Shown: positions 36,341 to 49,613, counted from the first letter of the whole stretch. The stretch: DNA of 61,617 nt, filler included, from Choristocarpus tenellus KU-1152 (GCA_964200185.2; 8 parts of 8 records of this genome joined end to end with filler, not necessarily neighbours in it), one strand, 5' to 3'. Numbers and translations: made by a program. The notes: a model not told the origin generated them from the sequence alone.

Positions 36341-39027
36341 TGGTAATCTGGAACTTCATACGTCATCCATGCTTCCACATGTGTCCAACAGCATAATATT
36401 ATATAATATTATGATGATATGCTTCCAGTAAACAGTAATAGTATTTTGCTAGACCTCTAAAGTGGCAAATCCTCATCGCTGACCTTAACCACGAAATGCA
36501 ACATGCTCGGAAACGCCACATTATGTACTAACAAAAAAAACGTTACGTCTTCACTTCAAGTTTTCGGAGAAAAATATGATGTGAAATGTTTATCTTTTTT
36601 TATATCACCACCATATTATTCCTTCCAAGAAAATGACATGTTTACCAATCCGTTCTTCTGATCAGAACATATTTGGAATTTTTTCGACATAGTAGTGTGT
36701 GGAATGTGGATAAGGAAAAGGTGGATGTGTTCTAAAATAGTGAAACAATAAGATTGCCGATAGACGCATCGTGGAACAACGTGTAAAGGAGGATAGATCC
36801 TACTGTTCTAGTGACCAGAAAACAATCCACCTTCATAAATCACAAATAAACCAAGGCTTTGTCATCTCTCCTCCTACGCTTGAGTTCTGCTCTGTTGTTG
36901 GTGTTACATTTGGAGAACCTAACAATTTTCTTGACCCAGCAGCAACATGACGACGGATCACCTTTCGCGTTCAACATACCTACTATTGGTGCTCCTGATC
37001 TCGACTTCTTGCCGAGGGCAATCTGATGACGCAGTGATGTGCGAGTCGGATTCCGCTGTCAGTCCCTTCACCCCCCTGGCCAGAAGAGTCACCGCCTTCG
37101 AGAAGCGCTCAGATGCCGCCCAAGCCGAACTCGACCTCAGACACCAGTGCCACAACAACAACGGAGACGAGGAAAAATATCCGTCGTTAATCGGCAACTT
37201 CCATAAAACCTTGCCCCACAACGAGTACGGGGAGGTGAGCACTTGGTGATTCCATGTACAAACACCGATGATCCGCACATTTCGTCGGCTGTACAGGAGG
37301 GGGTCGGACGGATACGATACTGCTTCTTGATGTGCGCGCTTTCCCTCTTCGACATTCTTGCTCCACATGCATCCTCTTTTCTGCAAGTATTCGACCTGTG
37401 TTGCTGTCTTAAAGAAGAGTGAAAATTCATCGCACGTGAAGATGAGGGGATCTTGCTGTGTACGCACCAACCTCCTCTGTGGTGGAAGTCAGATTTGCTC
37501 TCCATACACTCTTGGCGCATGCTATCGACCCACACCTTTTGCTGCCCCTCCCTCGTTCTCGTACAGGTAGATACCGAGGCATACGATTCTCTACTTCATT
37601 GCCTATCCTCAGGGGATTTCTCTGAGTGTGATAATATCCCAGGAGGATGGCGAACCCCTTGGGAGGACTAACTTTCCAAATGCGAGGACCTGACCCGTGA
37701 GTTAGAGGAGTCGTCTTGTTGAATCGAAATTACCCCCAAACCTCTACCACGATGGGGTGGTGAAGTCTGATACCTCGTTTGTCTTCCCCCGGCTCATAGT
37801 ATGCATAGAAACTCAGGGGAGGTGTAATGCACGGCGGACCTCCTCCGGATTGCACAGCCCATTCACTTACATGATATTTCCTCAGTTATTGCAGAGTTTG
37901 TTTGATTTTTCTGGGCAACCTTTCAGTCCTGGGTTAGCCATAGCTGGGCCGCCTGAATTAGATTGACCAAGGCCACCTTGGTTTGCATTTTCAGGGTCAA
38001 CCGAACAGGTTTTCACAAGTGTGAGAGTTGTAGAGGTCCAAATTCGCCTCTCCGGCATTGTGGATAGGGTTAGGATTGGTGTTGGTGGGAGGGTTTGGGT
38101 GAGGATACAACAATCGTACAGGGATTAAATTTGGGTTAGTGAGGTTAGGGCAAAAAAAATCCAGCAGTGTAATGAAAATGTTGCAATAATACTGACAAGA
38201 CATGGGTGTCAATGGGTGGATCTCTGCAAGCGGTTCATTTACAATACGTCTAGGGGGATGAGCGATCGGACTCCTACTTCGGAGAATAGTTGCCTTCTAT
38301 GGTCGTGACTAAATTCAGTATGTCAGCTTTTGAAGCGCCAAGGTTGAAACCTGCCTCTGCTAGACAACCTTCCAGCCTTGCAACCTGCCTAACACTGCAT
38401 GGCCTGCTTGTTGACCTTGCCGTTGCGTTTCCTCGCACTTTCTTTTTTCCCTGTCCAATTCAGACAAGCGATCGTGTTGAGGCCACCACCAAGCCTGGAA
38501 TCCGCTCAACTGGCCGCCCAGATGGCTGAGGTAGCTCGCCTAATGCCTCGAACCTTCCTGTGTCTCATGCATTGCGTGCAAGACGTGTTCTTGTATTACC
38601 TCATCCCGTATACTCAAAGAATAGTTTTCCCTGTTTGTTGAGTGGCACAACAAGTCTGGCCCTGACTTGCTGCCGTCGTTACTCTGTGAACATATATACG
38701 AGAGACCATCGCTTCATGCGTCAATCAGCATGGAGCTCGAGGGCCTGTAGCTCTTGTATGGACTCCTGTTTGGCATAGTCCAATGTCGTTTTTGTGTGGT
38801 AAGCAAGTGCTGCAAATATCTCTTCATTGTACCACAATGTTTCCCGTACTCACCATGAATTGAACTACCGTGTTCATTTCCCCACGGAAGGTGTAATGGA
38901 TGTCATTGCTTAGGGATGTGCCCTTCAGTGAGTATGGTACAAACGAACTGGCAAAGAAGGCTGCAGGTTAGTTGATGAGCGGGTTTTGATTTGTTGACGT
39001 GGGAGGAGTAAAGTACAATCGGATTGA

Positions 39028-39030
<3 letters not shown>

Positions 39031-39093
<63 letters not shown>
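39031..39093. repeat. (GT)n microsatellite
   Basis: Read directly; in haloperoxidase intron 4. Confidence 0.97.
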
Positions 39094-39094
<1 letters not shown>

Positions 39095-39842
39095 TGTTTG
39101 CTCTTGACATGATGCATTAGCATTAGGTTGAGAAATAAGATGTTACTAATAGCATGGACTATAGCCGTGTCATCGCACGAGCATCCAAAGATCTAGCATG
39201 CCATACCAGTCGTCTTCATTAAACCTGCATCCTTTGTTCACGGCCTCCTCGTCCCCTGTACCAAAAACCCTGTATCATGCCACAGAGAATCTTGCCGAGA
39301 TGCCTGGGTACCTTGGCTATGGTCGACCTGTAAACTCTGATGGATCGGTGGATCCCGCCAGCCAACTCTTCCGAACATCGTTTCCCGGGGTGATCGAGGG
39401 ACCGCACGTGTCACAGGTGAGAAACTATTCCGTGTCTATCTGTTGGATTTGCTCAGGACCCTTTCTGTGGGTGCACATTTCTCTTTACACAGTCGAGCAC
39501 CAAGAATAACATATGAAAGTATAATATATTCCTGTGCCAAAATGCTCTCTGGTTGCTGTCTCTCCTCCCATATACCTGCATCAACGGTTCAAACAGTGCC
39601 TACTCAAGAACTTTAGGTTGGATGGCATTGATGTCGCACCGATGCTCCAAACACCCTTGCCTGGTCAAGACTTCATGACGGACTACCAGGATTGGCTGGA
39701 TGTCCAGGTGCGTGTCTTTGAGAGCATATATGACCATGTATTGCTGGGCCAGAATGGTTAAGGCAACCCTTGAGGTGCCGCCTCTATTATTTCGAACATA
39801 TATTCTATCCCCGAGCTGCATCTACTTCTCAGAGACCTTTGA

Positions 39843-40099
39843 GAGTGAAATTATCTTAGAGGGTACGGGTTTTGCCCTGTTTGTCCGTTTGGAGCTTGGC
39901 TTCCCATGTTGTTTTTTTACATTTTACCTAATCCGAAATGTTTCGGAGTAGATAAAATAATAAGTTATGAAAAGGTGTTTCCGAAAAAAGGGTATTGACA
40001 TCTCCTAACAAACACGATCGCCAAAATTACATCAAAATCGCAACATTGGATTTTGGCCCTCAAACGGACGTGGCTCTACCCTCTGAGATAATTTGACCC
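39843..40099. mobile_element. MITE family B (haloperoxidase intron)
   Basis: Family B TIRs; TSD TGA. Confidence 0.9.
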
Positions 40100-41732
40100 T
40101 GACACCTCCTCACACACACGTATAGTTCTGTGGTTCAATGTGCATCGCCGACAAAAGTGCTCATCGTAGACCTGTTGCCGTGTTCGTTGGAAATAGAGGG
40201 ATATGTTGGACGTTCGGTTGTGCATTAGTGCTGGTTTATCAAGTATTCGCTGGCTAGGGTGTTTTGTATGATTGTACGTACAATTAGCACTACTGAAACA
40301 TTTGCTGGGAGTGCTCTCCTGCTGCTTAGTTTGTGGAGAAGCATCCTTGTATGGACCAGTGAAGTCAGAGACCGCAGCAAATAAAATTGTATTGTGCACC
40401 ATTCCGTTGAATATATATTCAGTACCACCTTCCTAACAATTGACAGGGGCCCGTGCATCAGGTTCTCAAGCGCGAGCAGAGTGTGTTTTCTGAAGATTCG
40501 ACTACCAATTTTGAAGAAGCGCATATGTTGCTCCCAATTTGTAGACATTGGTCCACTCCTTGATGCATGATGGATATCCATCACTTCGGTAGAAATGAAG
40601 GGTGAAGTGTCAACGCATATTCACTACTGTCTTAGGGGTGCATGTTGGCAAAATAAATGGCACCCAGAAAAAGTACCGACCTACCCTTAAGTCCTACTTT
40701 CAAACGTGTATACCAGGTCAAGGTTGAGGTGTAGCGGACGGAAGGGGAAACATGTTTCACACCATTTACAGAGTGGGTAATTTGTCAAATCAAGTCAATG
40801 GGATACATTTGCCGCATCCCACTCCCGATTACCTCCACCCTTGCCATGACTTGGACACGAACGTGCTCCCCAATTTTTCTTGCTCAAGGGAGGAGGTATT
40901 GTACACAGAACAAGAACATATTACCGCAACAGTTCCTACAATGCTTATTTTGATTCACCACAGTTGGAGGAGAGTTTCCAAAAAATATTTTTGTCCAGGA
41001 GTTGGTTCAGTGGCACATTTTTCATCACCTCATTGGCAATCTCATGACTATCTCGATCAGCAGATCATCCCTCCAGACCTAGCTGTGGTTGTATCCGATC
41101 CTCACCTGCAATCACAGCTGCATCGAAATGGGTATGTTGCGGGTCTGACCCACCGCTGCACCAGAATTGAAACACTTCATACTACCCTTCTATATATACA
41201 CGTCAATACACCATGATCCCTCCGCACTCCCCCACCTTCCTTGATCCCCAGAATGGTGAGAGCACTGATCCCCAAGAGCTGGATGCAGCTCCTCGCTTTA
41301 TTCGCAATGCTCGAGACCTTGGCCAGACAGTGTTTGTTGATACAAACATCAGGTTCGTGGGTGGGTGAATAAGTGCATTGAATACGCATGCCAGCGTTGG
41401 TGACGCGTCACTTTTCATCACCTGCTATCATTGATATACAGATTGCATTTCATCGTTTTGAAGTAAAAGGCTAGGTGAGACCCACAGGCCCCTACGATCA
41501 AAATATTATTGTTCTTCGACTCCTTAATTGTGTGCACTATCAGACACTTGGTTCACTATTCATTTGTTCACCATTTTCTGTATTGCTTCTCTCAGATGAG
41601 GTGTGATACTTTCTTGTAATTTAATATTACCTTCATTGATGCTATCAGCGATTTTGAACATTGAGATAATACTGTTCCACTAGACAGGATATTCAGCACG
41701 ACTATCTGCCCTAGTGAAACAGTGATATATAA

Positions 41733-41911
41733 GGCTCAAAGTGTCTGGGGGGGGGGTGGCGGCTGTCCATTTGGGAACAATTTTTCCATGTCACGATTTT
41801 GGGTGATTTGGTTGCATAAGTCGGATGGATAATGTAGGTGCACGTTTTCTGGTTGTAGCCCAAATGGACACCATGGTGTAGTCCCTCCCTTCCCCCCAGA
41901 TACTTTGGGTC
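41733..41911. mobile_element. MITE family A (haloperoxidase intron)
   Basis: GGCTCAAAGTGTCTGGGGG...CCCCAGATACTTTGGGTC; flanked by ATAA on both sides. Confidence 0.88.
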
Positions 41912-42537
41912 ATAATCAACATTTAATAGGCGACTGTCAGTCACGAAACGATTCACTTAGCAAATGTACAATTAATGTTAAAGGTGACAAATTTCCATGT
42001 TTATACATGGTCAGGACGAAAATACAAACTCAAACCTAAGACCCAAATTGGCTTGCATTACAAAGAGCAGACTTGTCTTACCCTACTATCCTTTTGGCCC
42101 TTTCCTCGTGCGCTAGCGAGTTCTTTCGCTGTTCATTGATCTTACTCCAGGAAGGTGCTGTGCAAGGTGGCAATATTGGTCCCTACAGGGAAAGCACCCG
42201 CCAGGGTGGCTTTGCAACTTGTGGGCCTGGGCACTTCATGGAGGTAGTTGGCAGTGTCCACTCCGCGACTCGGCAGACCTGGTACCAGAAGGTGAGACAT
42301 CATTGCAACAGCCTTAAGTGAGAATGGAAGCCCGTTATTGTGCTTGCAAGGGCGTTCCCATTCCTTACGTGTTTTCTTCGTGAGAATTGAGGTCACTGTG
42401 CGGAGTACCACACATGGGCGTATTTTGATCCAAACACCACCACCAGCAACAACAAAGCGAGTCTGTACAAGACACAGGCATACACCGAGCGAACGTGCAG
42501 TCTCTGTTGTTGGGCAAGGAATGTGGATTAGGTCGAA

Positions 42538-42640
42538 GGGTAAAAGTATCTGGGGGTGGGGGGTGGTTTGTGAGGGGGCGTCCGTTTCGGTGAAACGTGA
42601 AAAACGAACGCCGGCACCCCTCCCCCAGATAGTTTGACCC
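42538..42640. mobile_element. Short MITE, family A subtype (~100 bp)
   Basis: GGGTAAAAGTATCTGGGGG...CCCCCAGATAGTTTGACCC; flanked by CGAA on both sides. Confidence 0.8.
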
Positions 42641-43837
42641 CGAAATATTCACAAATGGAAAATGGAGTAGATTCACTCAATTCAGCAGTACCAGTCCGAG
42701 TTGCCTTTGGAATAAAAATTACTGGTGTTGTTGTCTTCAAGGCGTGTCTCCTTGTAGTCATATATCCTACATGAGCTCTCTAGAATTAGAATATGTGTGA
42801 ATATGTTAACTTTATCGTCCCCTATTTTGCGCCAGTCTTTCCCTGGCCATTCGAAAAGTAGAAACATATATTATCCCAAGGACTGATCAAATGTATCAAG
42901 GAAATGATGGTCAGGATCAATCAAATTCCTTGCCAAATTTATTTCACCTTCTCACACTCTAACTGTAGTTCTCCACTCCCCTTCCTCTCTTGATCATCTG
43001 CAGTGGAATGTAAATCGCTTTCTTCGACCGGAGGCCATGGCAGGCGTTCTCCACAATGATGTCTTCAATGGGCGCAATTCTCCAATTGACAAGAGCTTGC
43101 TAGAAAACGAATTACTAAAGGAGCATGTGATGGAACACACCTACAAGAACAATGAGCTCCTTGGTGTTGAAAATCCCGAAGTCAGTCTACTTCTTTCCAT
43201 GGTGAGGACCCAAGGTCTTCTCCAATGTTTTTTGTGGAGGGAAGGATAATGTGTGTGCTGTTCTTAGATAGAGTATCGCTTCAAAATGTATGGTGGTATA
43301 GCGAAGCTGAAAAGATACAGTGTGTCCACACATATATGTATATGCCTTGAGCACAAGACCACATGGCAACCTCTGACCGAAAGAAGAGTGTCTTGTGCTA
43401 TGGATAACATTATGGGTGTGGATTTTGTTCTTCATTCCTTAGAGTATCAATATCCTGATCACTTGTATTTTGTGCAGAGTGCTCGGAGTATCATTGGGTA
43501 TAAATATGTCAATCTTACAGGATTAAAATTAAAACTCTGTTTTAAGACCAGCAATATTGTTGCTGTGAACAAGAGAGGTGCCTTGTCTCAACCTTCTACC
43601 CTTTGTTGCATCCCATATCGATGTTCTTTCAATCTTTCCACAACTTCCTGCAGGGAGTCCCTGAAGGGTCACCAACTCACCCGAGCTACCCTGCTGGTCA
43701 CAGCGTCAACAGTGGAGCAGCGACCACTGTGCTTAAGGTGATGACAAGGAACCACAATAACTCACTCCTTGGTAACATCCTACTCGGTTGTACTACTAGG
43801 CAGATACTCTCCGTAGTATATATTTTGTTCTTTAGCA

Positions 43838-43878
43838 GGGTCAAAGTATCTAGGGGGGAGGGGGTTGTTTGTGAGGGG
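43838..43878. mobile_element. MITE family A subtype end at contig break
   Basis: GGGTCAAAGTATCTAGGGGGGAGGGGGTTGTTTGTGAGGGG; same end type as 42538. Confidence 0.8.
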
Positions 43879-44350
43879 NNNNNNNNNNNNNNNNNNNNNN
43901 NNNNNNNNNNNNNNNNNNNNNNTTAATTAATTAANNNNNNNNNNNNNNNNNNNNNNNNNNNNNNNNNNNNNNNNNNNNCGTCTTGCCCAGTGATTCTCTT
44001 CGCCACCCTTGCCTGAGTGAACCACGCCGCCACAGAATCACACGATTCACATATTGTCTAGTAGTGTTCACTAGACACCTATAAATCATATAGACTATCA
44101 GCCTATATTGCACAGTTTCTCTACTGTTTTTTAATTTTCTACATAATTACAAAGTTCCTACACACCCTCGTACTGCCTCTGTGCCATACGTTTGTGCCAA
44201 GAACCATCTGGGCTCGCCGAGCGAGAATCGGATGATAAACTCACAGGATGCAATCGGGTTGGCAATCTCAGCTTTCAGAAAGGTGGGGGTCGAGGATCAT
44301 CAGGTACACACTCGAGGTGCTTCAAGTTGTCAAAGTAGGGGCCTTTTGGG

Positions 44351-45825
44351 GTGATTTTGAGGCCAGAACTGGGCACGTCGAGGGTCAGAGAATGTCGGCA
44401 TGGCAACCCCCCTGTCAACCCCCCGCATAGAAAGGGTGCCCAAGTGTCCCTGAATACTAGGGTTGCAATTGCAGTGCGGAATGCCCTCGCGATGGTCCAT
44501 GGTGAGCATAAATTGCTGCAACATGTTGGGCATGCCCTCGCAGCGGAGTTTGGAGTGTCCGAGCGTTACATGCGAGGGCTCTGGGAGGACGTCGCCGATC
44601 AGCTCGCCCGTGGCCACACGCTTGACCTAGGGGTGGTGGCACGTTGTGGGCGCCCTTCGGAGCTCACACCGACCAAGATGGCCGCAATACATAGTATCAA
44701 TTTCGATAATCGGTCATCCACAGTGCATCAGGTGACAATGAAGATGGTCGCCAAGGGACTGAATTATAGCACGAGCACCATAAAGAGGTGGTTGGATAAT
44801 ATGGGGGCCATGCCAATCGCCGCTGGATCAAACCCAAGCTTAAATCGTGGCAAAGGATATGGAGAATGGACAATGTTTGTGCGATCAAGTGGACCGGCAA
44901 CGTGTTGTGTACGCCTCCATGGCAAACACGATCCATGTGGCTGAAACCTGGTTTTTCGTGATGGCTGATGGGGAAAGGGTAAGGGTATTTCGCATGAGGA
45001 TGATAGTGACCTTCCAGGGTCCCCTACTGTGCAGCACAAGAGTCATATCCCCAAAACCTTGATAATTGCAGCCAACGCCCGCACAGATTCGGCTCACACC
45101 TTTGATGGAAAGCTTGGTGTTTGGCGTGTGTGTGCGCCAAGAACGGCAGACAGGACAAGCAAGAACCATAAATAAGGGGATGCGTACGAGCAAGACTGTA
45201 CTTTAGACCATTTGTTATACAGGAAGTGGTACACGGAGGAGTTACTGGCTGCAATCAAGACCAAGATGCCTTGGTTGCCAGGGAAACACGTTGTCGTTCA
45301 GCAAGACGGTGCAAGCCCCCACATTGGCAAGGGCAACTCAGAAATCTTGTCAGGGGTAGGGAAGACTGAGTGGTGGCCAATTAGGCTTTTGAAGCAACCA
45401 TCTAACTCCTCCGACCTCAATATCATGGACCTATTCTTCTTCAGGTTTTTGAAATGCTGGGTGATGGGGGAGCGTTTTGGATCCATCAAGGAGATGGTGA
45501 AGGTCATTGACTTAAAGTATCTGGGGGGGTGGCGGCTATCTATTTCGGCCCATTTCTTTATGTCGCGATTTTTGGGTGATTTGGATTGCATGCATCGGAT
45601 GGATAAAGTAAGTGCACTTTTCCTGATCATGAACAAAATGGACACCTTGGTGTAGACACCCTCCCCGTAGACGCTATCAGCCAATAAGAAACAGTATGAG
45701 GAGTATGATGAAACCAGACTTGAGAGGGCTTGGTAGCTCCTTTTTGTGGTGTACAATCAAGTACATAGATACGGAGGGGGAAATGACTTCAGTGTGAAGC
45801 ACACAGGGGTAAGGGAGAGGCACTG
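44351..45825 (+). mobile_element. Tc1/mariner-superfamily transposase pseudogene (close to the DD39D plant-mariner type)
   Basis: HTH-like LAAEFGVSER, GRP linker, IHVAETWF (first Asp mutated), QHKSHIPK, FDGKLGVW, VVQQDGASPH, QPSNSSDLNIMDL and C-terminal GGGNDFSVKH; multiple frameshifts, stops and a MITE insertion. Confidence 0.88.
45509..45682. mobile_element. MITE family A inserted in the transposase
   Basis: GACTTAAAGTATCTGGGGGGGTGGCGGC...AAATGGACACCTTGGTGTAG; removing it and one 3-bp flank restores VKVI-KKQYEEYD. Confidence 0.85.
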
Positions 45826-46216
45826 CTAAAGACAAGGCTGTTGATGGGTGCCGTTGTGGAGGTATTTGGACTCTCCATGAGGCTTAAAGCTCTTCTTGAT
45901 CTCTGTGTAAGGGGTGAGATTTCATCGACCATAACCTTCTTATCGTGCCAAACTCAGGAGGAAGCCCCTGTTGTTGCTGCTGTTGGTGGGGATGTACCGA
46001 TTGTGCTGACTGCAGTGTTTCTGGATAGGTTCACATCAGCCGATGTATATAAAGTCAAGCAAGCCTCAAGAAACCCTCACCAATGACCTAACTCACCATC
46101 CTGAACACTCCATGAGTGGAGTGGATGTTTGAGATGCTGCTCCGTAGGGTGAGAGAGGATATTCGCCTGACCTCCCACTCCCTCAGAAGTCTATGTATAC
46201 ATACATTATTTTACCA

Positions 46217-46262
46217 GGGTCAAAAACGGACGTTGGCACCCCCCCCTCAGATACTTTGACCC
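46217..46262. mobile_element. Internally deleted MITE family A subtype (46 bp)
   Basis: GGGTCAAAAACGGACGTTGGCACCCCCCCCTCAGATACTTTGACCC. Confidence 0.65.
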
Positions 46263-46549
46263 CATATAGTATTTGCCTACAGGTATTTTGAGGTGTATTC
46301 ATGGGGGAGACAAGAAGCAACATACCAGGCAAAGAATACAACAAACGCAACAACAACAGCGTCTGATGTTGCGGATAATAATGCCTTTCTACATCACCAG
46401 CCACAGTTGTAGTAGTATATTTGAAAAGAAATGAAATCTATTCCTATTAGGAGGGTATGTACTGGCAATTTCAATATCCGCAAAACAAGAAATACACAAT
46501 ATACGGGTAGCTGAACTACTCCTATACAGAACGACACCATGAAGGTGAC

Positions 46550-47030
46550 CTATAATGAGGGGAAGAGTCCAACAAATTCATCAAGTCCCGCCTTGGCCAT
46601 TTGCCCAGTATCTCCAGCTTGAAGTGCATGACATGCCTTGAAATTGTCTTTATGATGTGACGGGCACAATCTGTTACAGGCGCACCCTCGCCACTGCCTT
46701 CCTACTGTGAGAACCCCCAGCCCCCCTGCCATCCACTATATGAGTCGTCAGTCCATCCAGGAATTGCTTTGCCTGTGTGTGCCGAGAAGCCCAAAGATGT
46801 CCAATGCCAAGGTGTAGCAACTCCGGGCCTCTGCTGCAGCAGCACCACTGCGAGTCTTTTGTTACATGTATGTCCGCTTGGACATCTCTACGAAGGCCAC
46901 ATCCAGGAGGAGACACTTTTAGTGGTAGGGAGCAGAAGTGACTGCGTTGAACAGTGGGCCAGCATGAATATCGCATCCACGTGTGCAATGGATGACCACC
47001 CACCCGCTTGCAGACATCGCCCAGTTGCCA
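46550..47030 (-). mobile_element. Possible Mutator-like (MULE) transposase remnant
   Basis: Frame-broken motifs in MULE order: IAHVDAIFM (first Asp), AEARSCYTLAL, HIVDGRG (second Asp), CARHIIK (CxxH). Judged by eye. Confidence 0.45.
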
Positions 47031-49613
47031 GGCAAAGGAGAGGCAAAGAACATACATGTATGTATGCAACCACTCTGTTGCTTTGGTGCTTCTTTGCTTA
47101 TAAATGCAACACCCTATGTTGCTTCTTATCATACTCCCACGTCGTAGTTGTGTGAATGGCGGACTGCATGCACAGTATGATCTACTCGGAGTATGTATTT
47201 CCTGTGTATATTCCTATATAAATCATATGATAACAAGAAATGCCAAAAAACCAAGCAGATGAGTAATTCTCCTGTGTAAGGCTTCACAAGGGCTTCTTCT
47301 TGTCTTTCTCCCATGCCCATGGAAAATATTGATGGAGAACCGCAATATATGTGCTCAAACTATTTGTTTGCTTCCAAAATGTGTTTTTAAAAGATGGCAA
47401 TGAAGCAGCTGCAGACTATCAGCGGTCAGGCAGAGTCCCCTCTGGAAAAACTCTACATATCTCACACTAAGTCATCACTGCTACCCTCGAAGTGATGTGC
47501 CACACACTCTTCTCAGGTCATGTGGCCTCCTTTCAAACCCATAGTACTAAGGAGAAGAAGGCAGAGAAAAAAGCATAAAAATGAGACCGCATTAATCCAA
47601 CTGGGTATGTCATACCGTGTGTAAAAGGATTATTGTGATTGGGGTGGACCTTCACTCTGCAGGATGTCACAACAGATATCTCGGTTCCATCAGCAGTCAC
47701 ACCATCACAACAACCTAAGCAGAATATTCCATTAATACTACTGAACTACATACTACCGGACACTAGTTTGCAATATGCAAAGAGGGCATCACTCAATCAC
47801 ATGAAAGCATGCTCTGAATACAAGGGAAGACACATTTGAGCCCTTCTATTATATAGAGGAGGTCACGGGTGCAATCAAAGCAGACCTGACCTCCATTGAA
47901 GGCTCTTGAGCTGAGCCCAAACTTGAATATGTGTTGCGGGTAGTAGGTTCAAGCTTCACTGGGCAGATGTGTACAGGCAAATCATTGCAATGATACTGTG
48001 TAGAATGGAGAAAGGTCGTGTGTTTTTTGGGTGTGAAGGGGGGTGGGTGGGGGGTGGAATGGAGTATTTTTTCTGACTGTGTTGGTAGTGATCTTCTCTC
48101 TGCCGGCTTGGGTTTGAGTCAGAATCCTCTCGGTATATAAGTGTAGTGTATCATTTTTTTTCTGGCTGGATTGATGTCGACAGGATTGGTGTGGAAGAGT
48201 GATGAGTAGCTCTCATGAAGTTTTGATTACTTGTATTTGCCTGGTATTGGGACTGCACAGACTGAATGTGATTCATCTGCTTGCACTTTGTACTCTGGAC
48301 TTCTTAGTGGTACCAAATGGGTATTCCAGAGTACACTGCAAAAGGGTTGGTTTTTGTTAGAAAAATTGTCACCTGGACCAAGCAGAAACCTCCTTCGTCC
48401 TTGCAGACAATGCAGAGGATTAACTTAGGCAGCATGTTTGTGTAGGTAATATTTTTCAAAGTCTGGACGTTTTCCATTTTACCATGCTCTATCAGTAGCT
48501 AGGGGAGCTCTAACACTCACAGGATATCAACAGCCAAGTGCTATGGCACAATGGAGTCTTGTACACAAGGTACATCAGCTAGCAGGACAGCATCAAAATC
48601 AGTTGTATTACAACAACAACAGAACAGAAACACATGCATGGTCTCAACACAATATAATCAATCGCAAAAGGCACTGCTGATAATAACGCCTAATCAATCT
48701 ATCATGCCAAAATGACAGCAAAGTAGTCCAGCCTATAGTACAGACTCTCCACACGCCAACGAGCACAAGTTTGACATCAAATATGATCTTACCTCGATAT
48801 TGCTGGTGTGACACTTCTGTGTGTCTAGCCAGTGAATGAAAAGCACACGTTCTACAGCCTCTAACAATTGGGTGAACTAAAACTTACTCTGAGAGTCGAC
48901 TTGCAGCACAGCACAGTATAGTCAAGGCACTGCCCAGAGGAAAGACCTAATGTAGCTCCATATCACCACCGTGGAGAACATCTCTACCTGCGACTGACTC
49001 AACCCCCACAGGCACAAACTGTAATGCATGTTGTGGACCTTTAACCACAACACAATGCAATGTCACTATCTTCATGCATTCCTGTACTAATACACATTTC
49101 AAAAATCAACCACAATTTTCCCCAACGATTACACCTGCATAAACAATAATATATTCCCCTTCAACAAATACAGTAATCTTTCCTTGTGCAGAAATCCACA
49201 ATGCACCCCTCCACATATGATACTCTTGACCATGTCCTTCCCTGCACCAAGATGTACAACGATATATACCCCACAAGATACAATCAACAACAATAAATTA
49301 TCCCCTGCAATAAAAAACAAACATCCACAAGGACAATTATTCCCCCCCCATAATAACATCTAAATACTACACAAGCAGATCCCCAGTATAATACCACTTC
49401 CATGAACAACACATTGTAGCAGAGCTAAACAGTCACAATACACACAGGTACCAACACAAATGCACCAAGGGATCACTTGGAGCACAGGGGCACACAAAAA
49501 TTACCAAACCTTCCCACAAAAAGGTCACACATCAGACACCAACACATCCAATCCCATACTGTGGCCAACCAGCAAAACGAGATACAAAAAAAGCATGCGA
49601 TTTACAAATCCAC

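Larger units (their letters stand above)
36947..43737 (+). pseudogene. Vanadium-dependent haloperoxidase (brown-algal vBPO/vIPO family), iodoperoxidase-like; probably disabled; 3' exons beyond the contig end
   Basis: Exons 36947-37234, 37567-37696, 38464-38530, 38891-38966, 39286-39416, 39597-39707, 41252-41352, 42117-42291, 43004-43201, 43654-43737, all GT-AG and phase-consistent. Signal-peptide-like N-terminus. Motifs GNFHKTLPHN, LAAQMAE, RDVPF, DPASQLFR, RFIRNARDL, RQGGF, WYQKWNVNRFLRPEA, EGSPTHPSYPAGH. Lesions: frameshift near 37646 and TAA at 38894-38896. Confidence 0.88.

Noticed and set aside
38894-38896. Stop-codon reassignment or selenocysteine in the haloperoxidase
   Set aside because: The codon is TAA, not TGA; the same gene also has a frameshift; conserved dynein exons show no in-frame stops.
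40728-41162. Possible TIR element (GGTGTAGCGG...CCGCTGCACC) in haloperoxidase intron 6
   Set aside because: Only 9 of 10 bp pair, the TSD is unconvincing and there is no second copy in the window.
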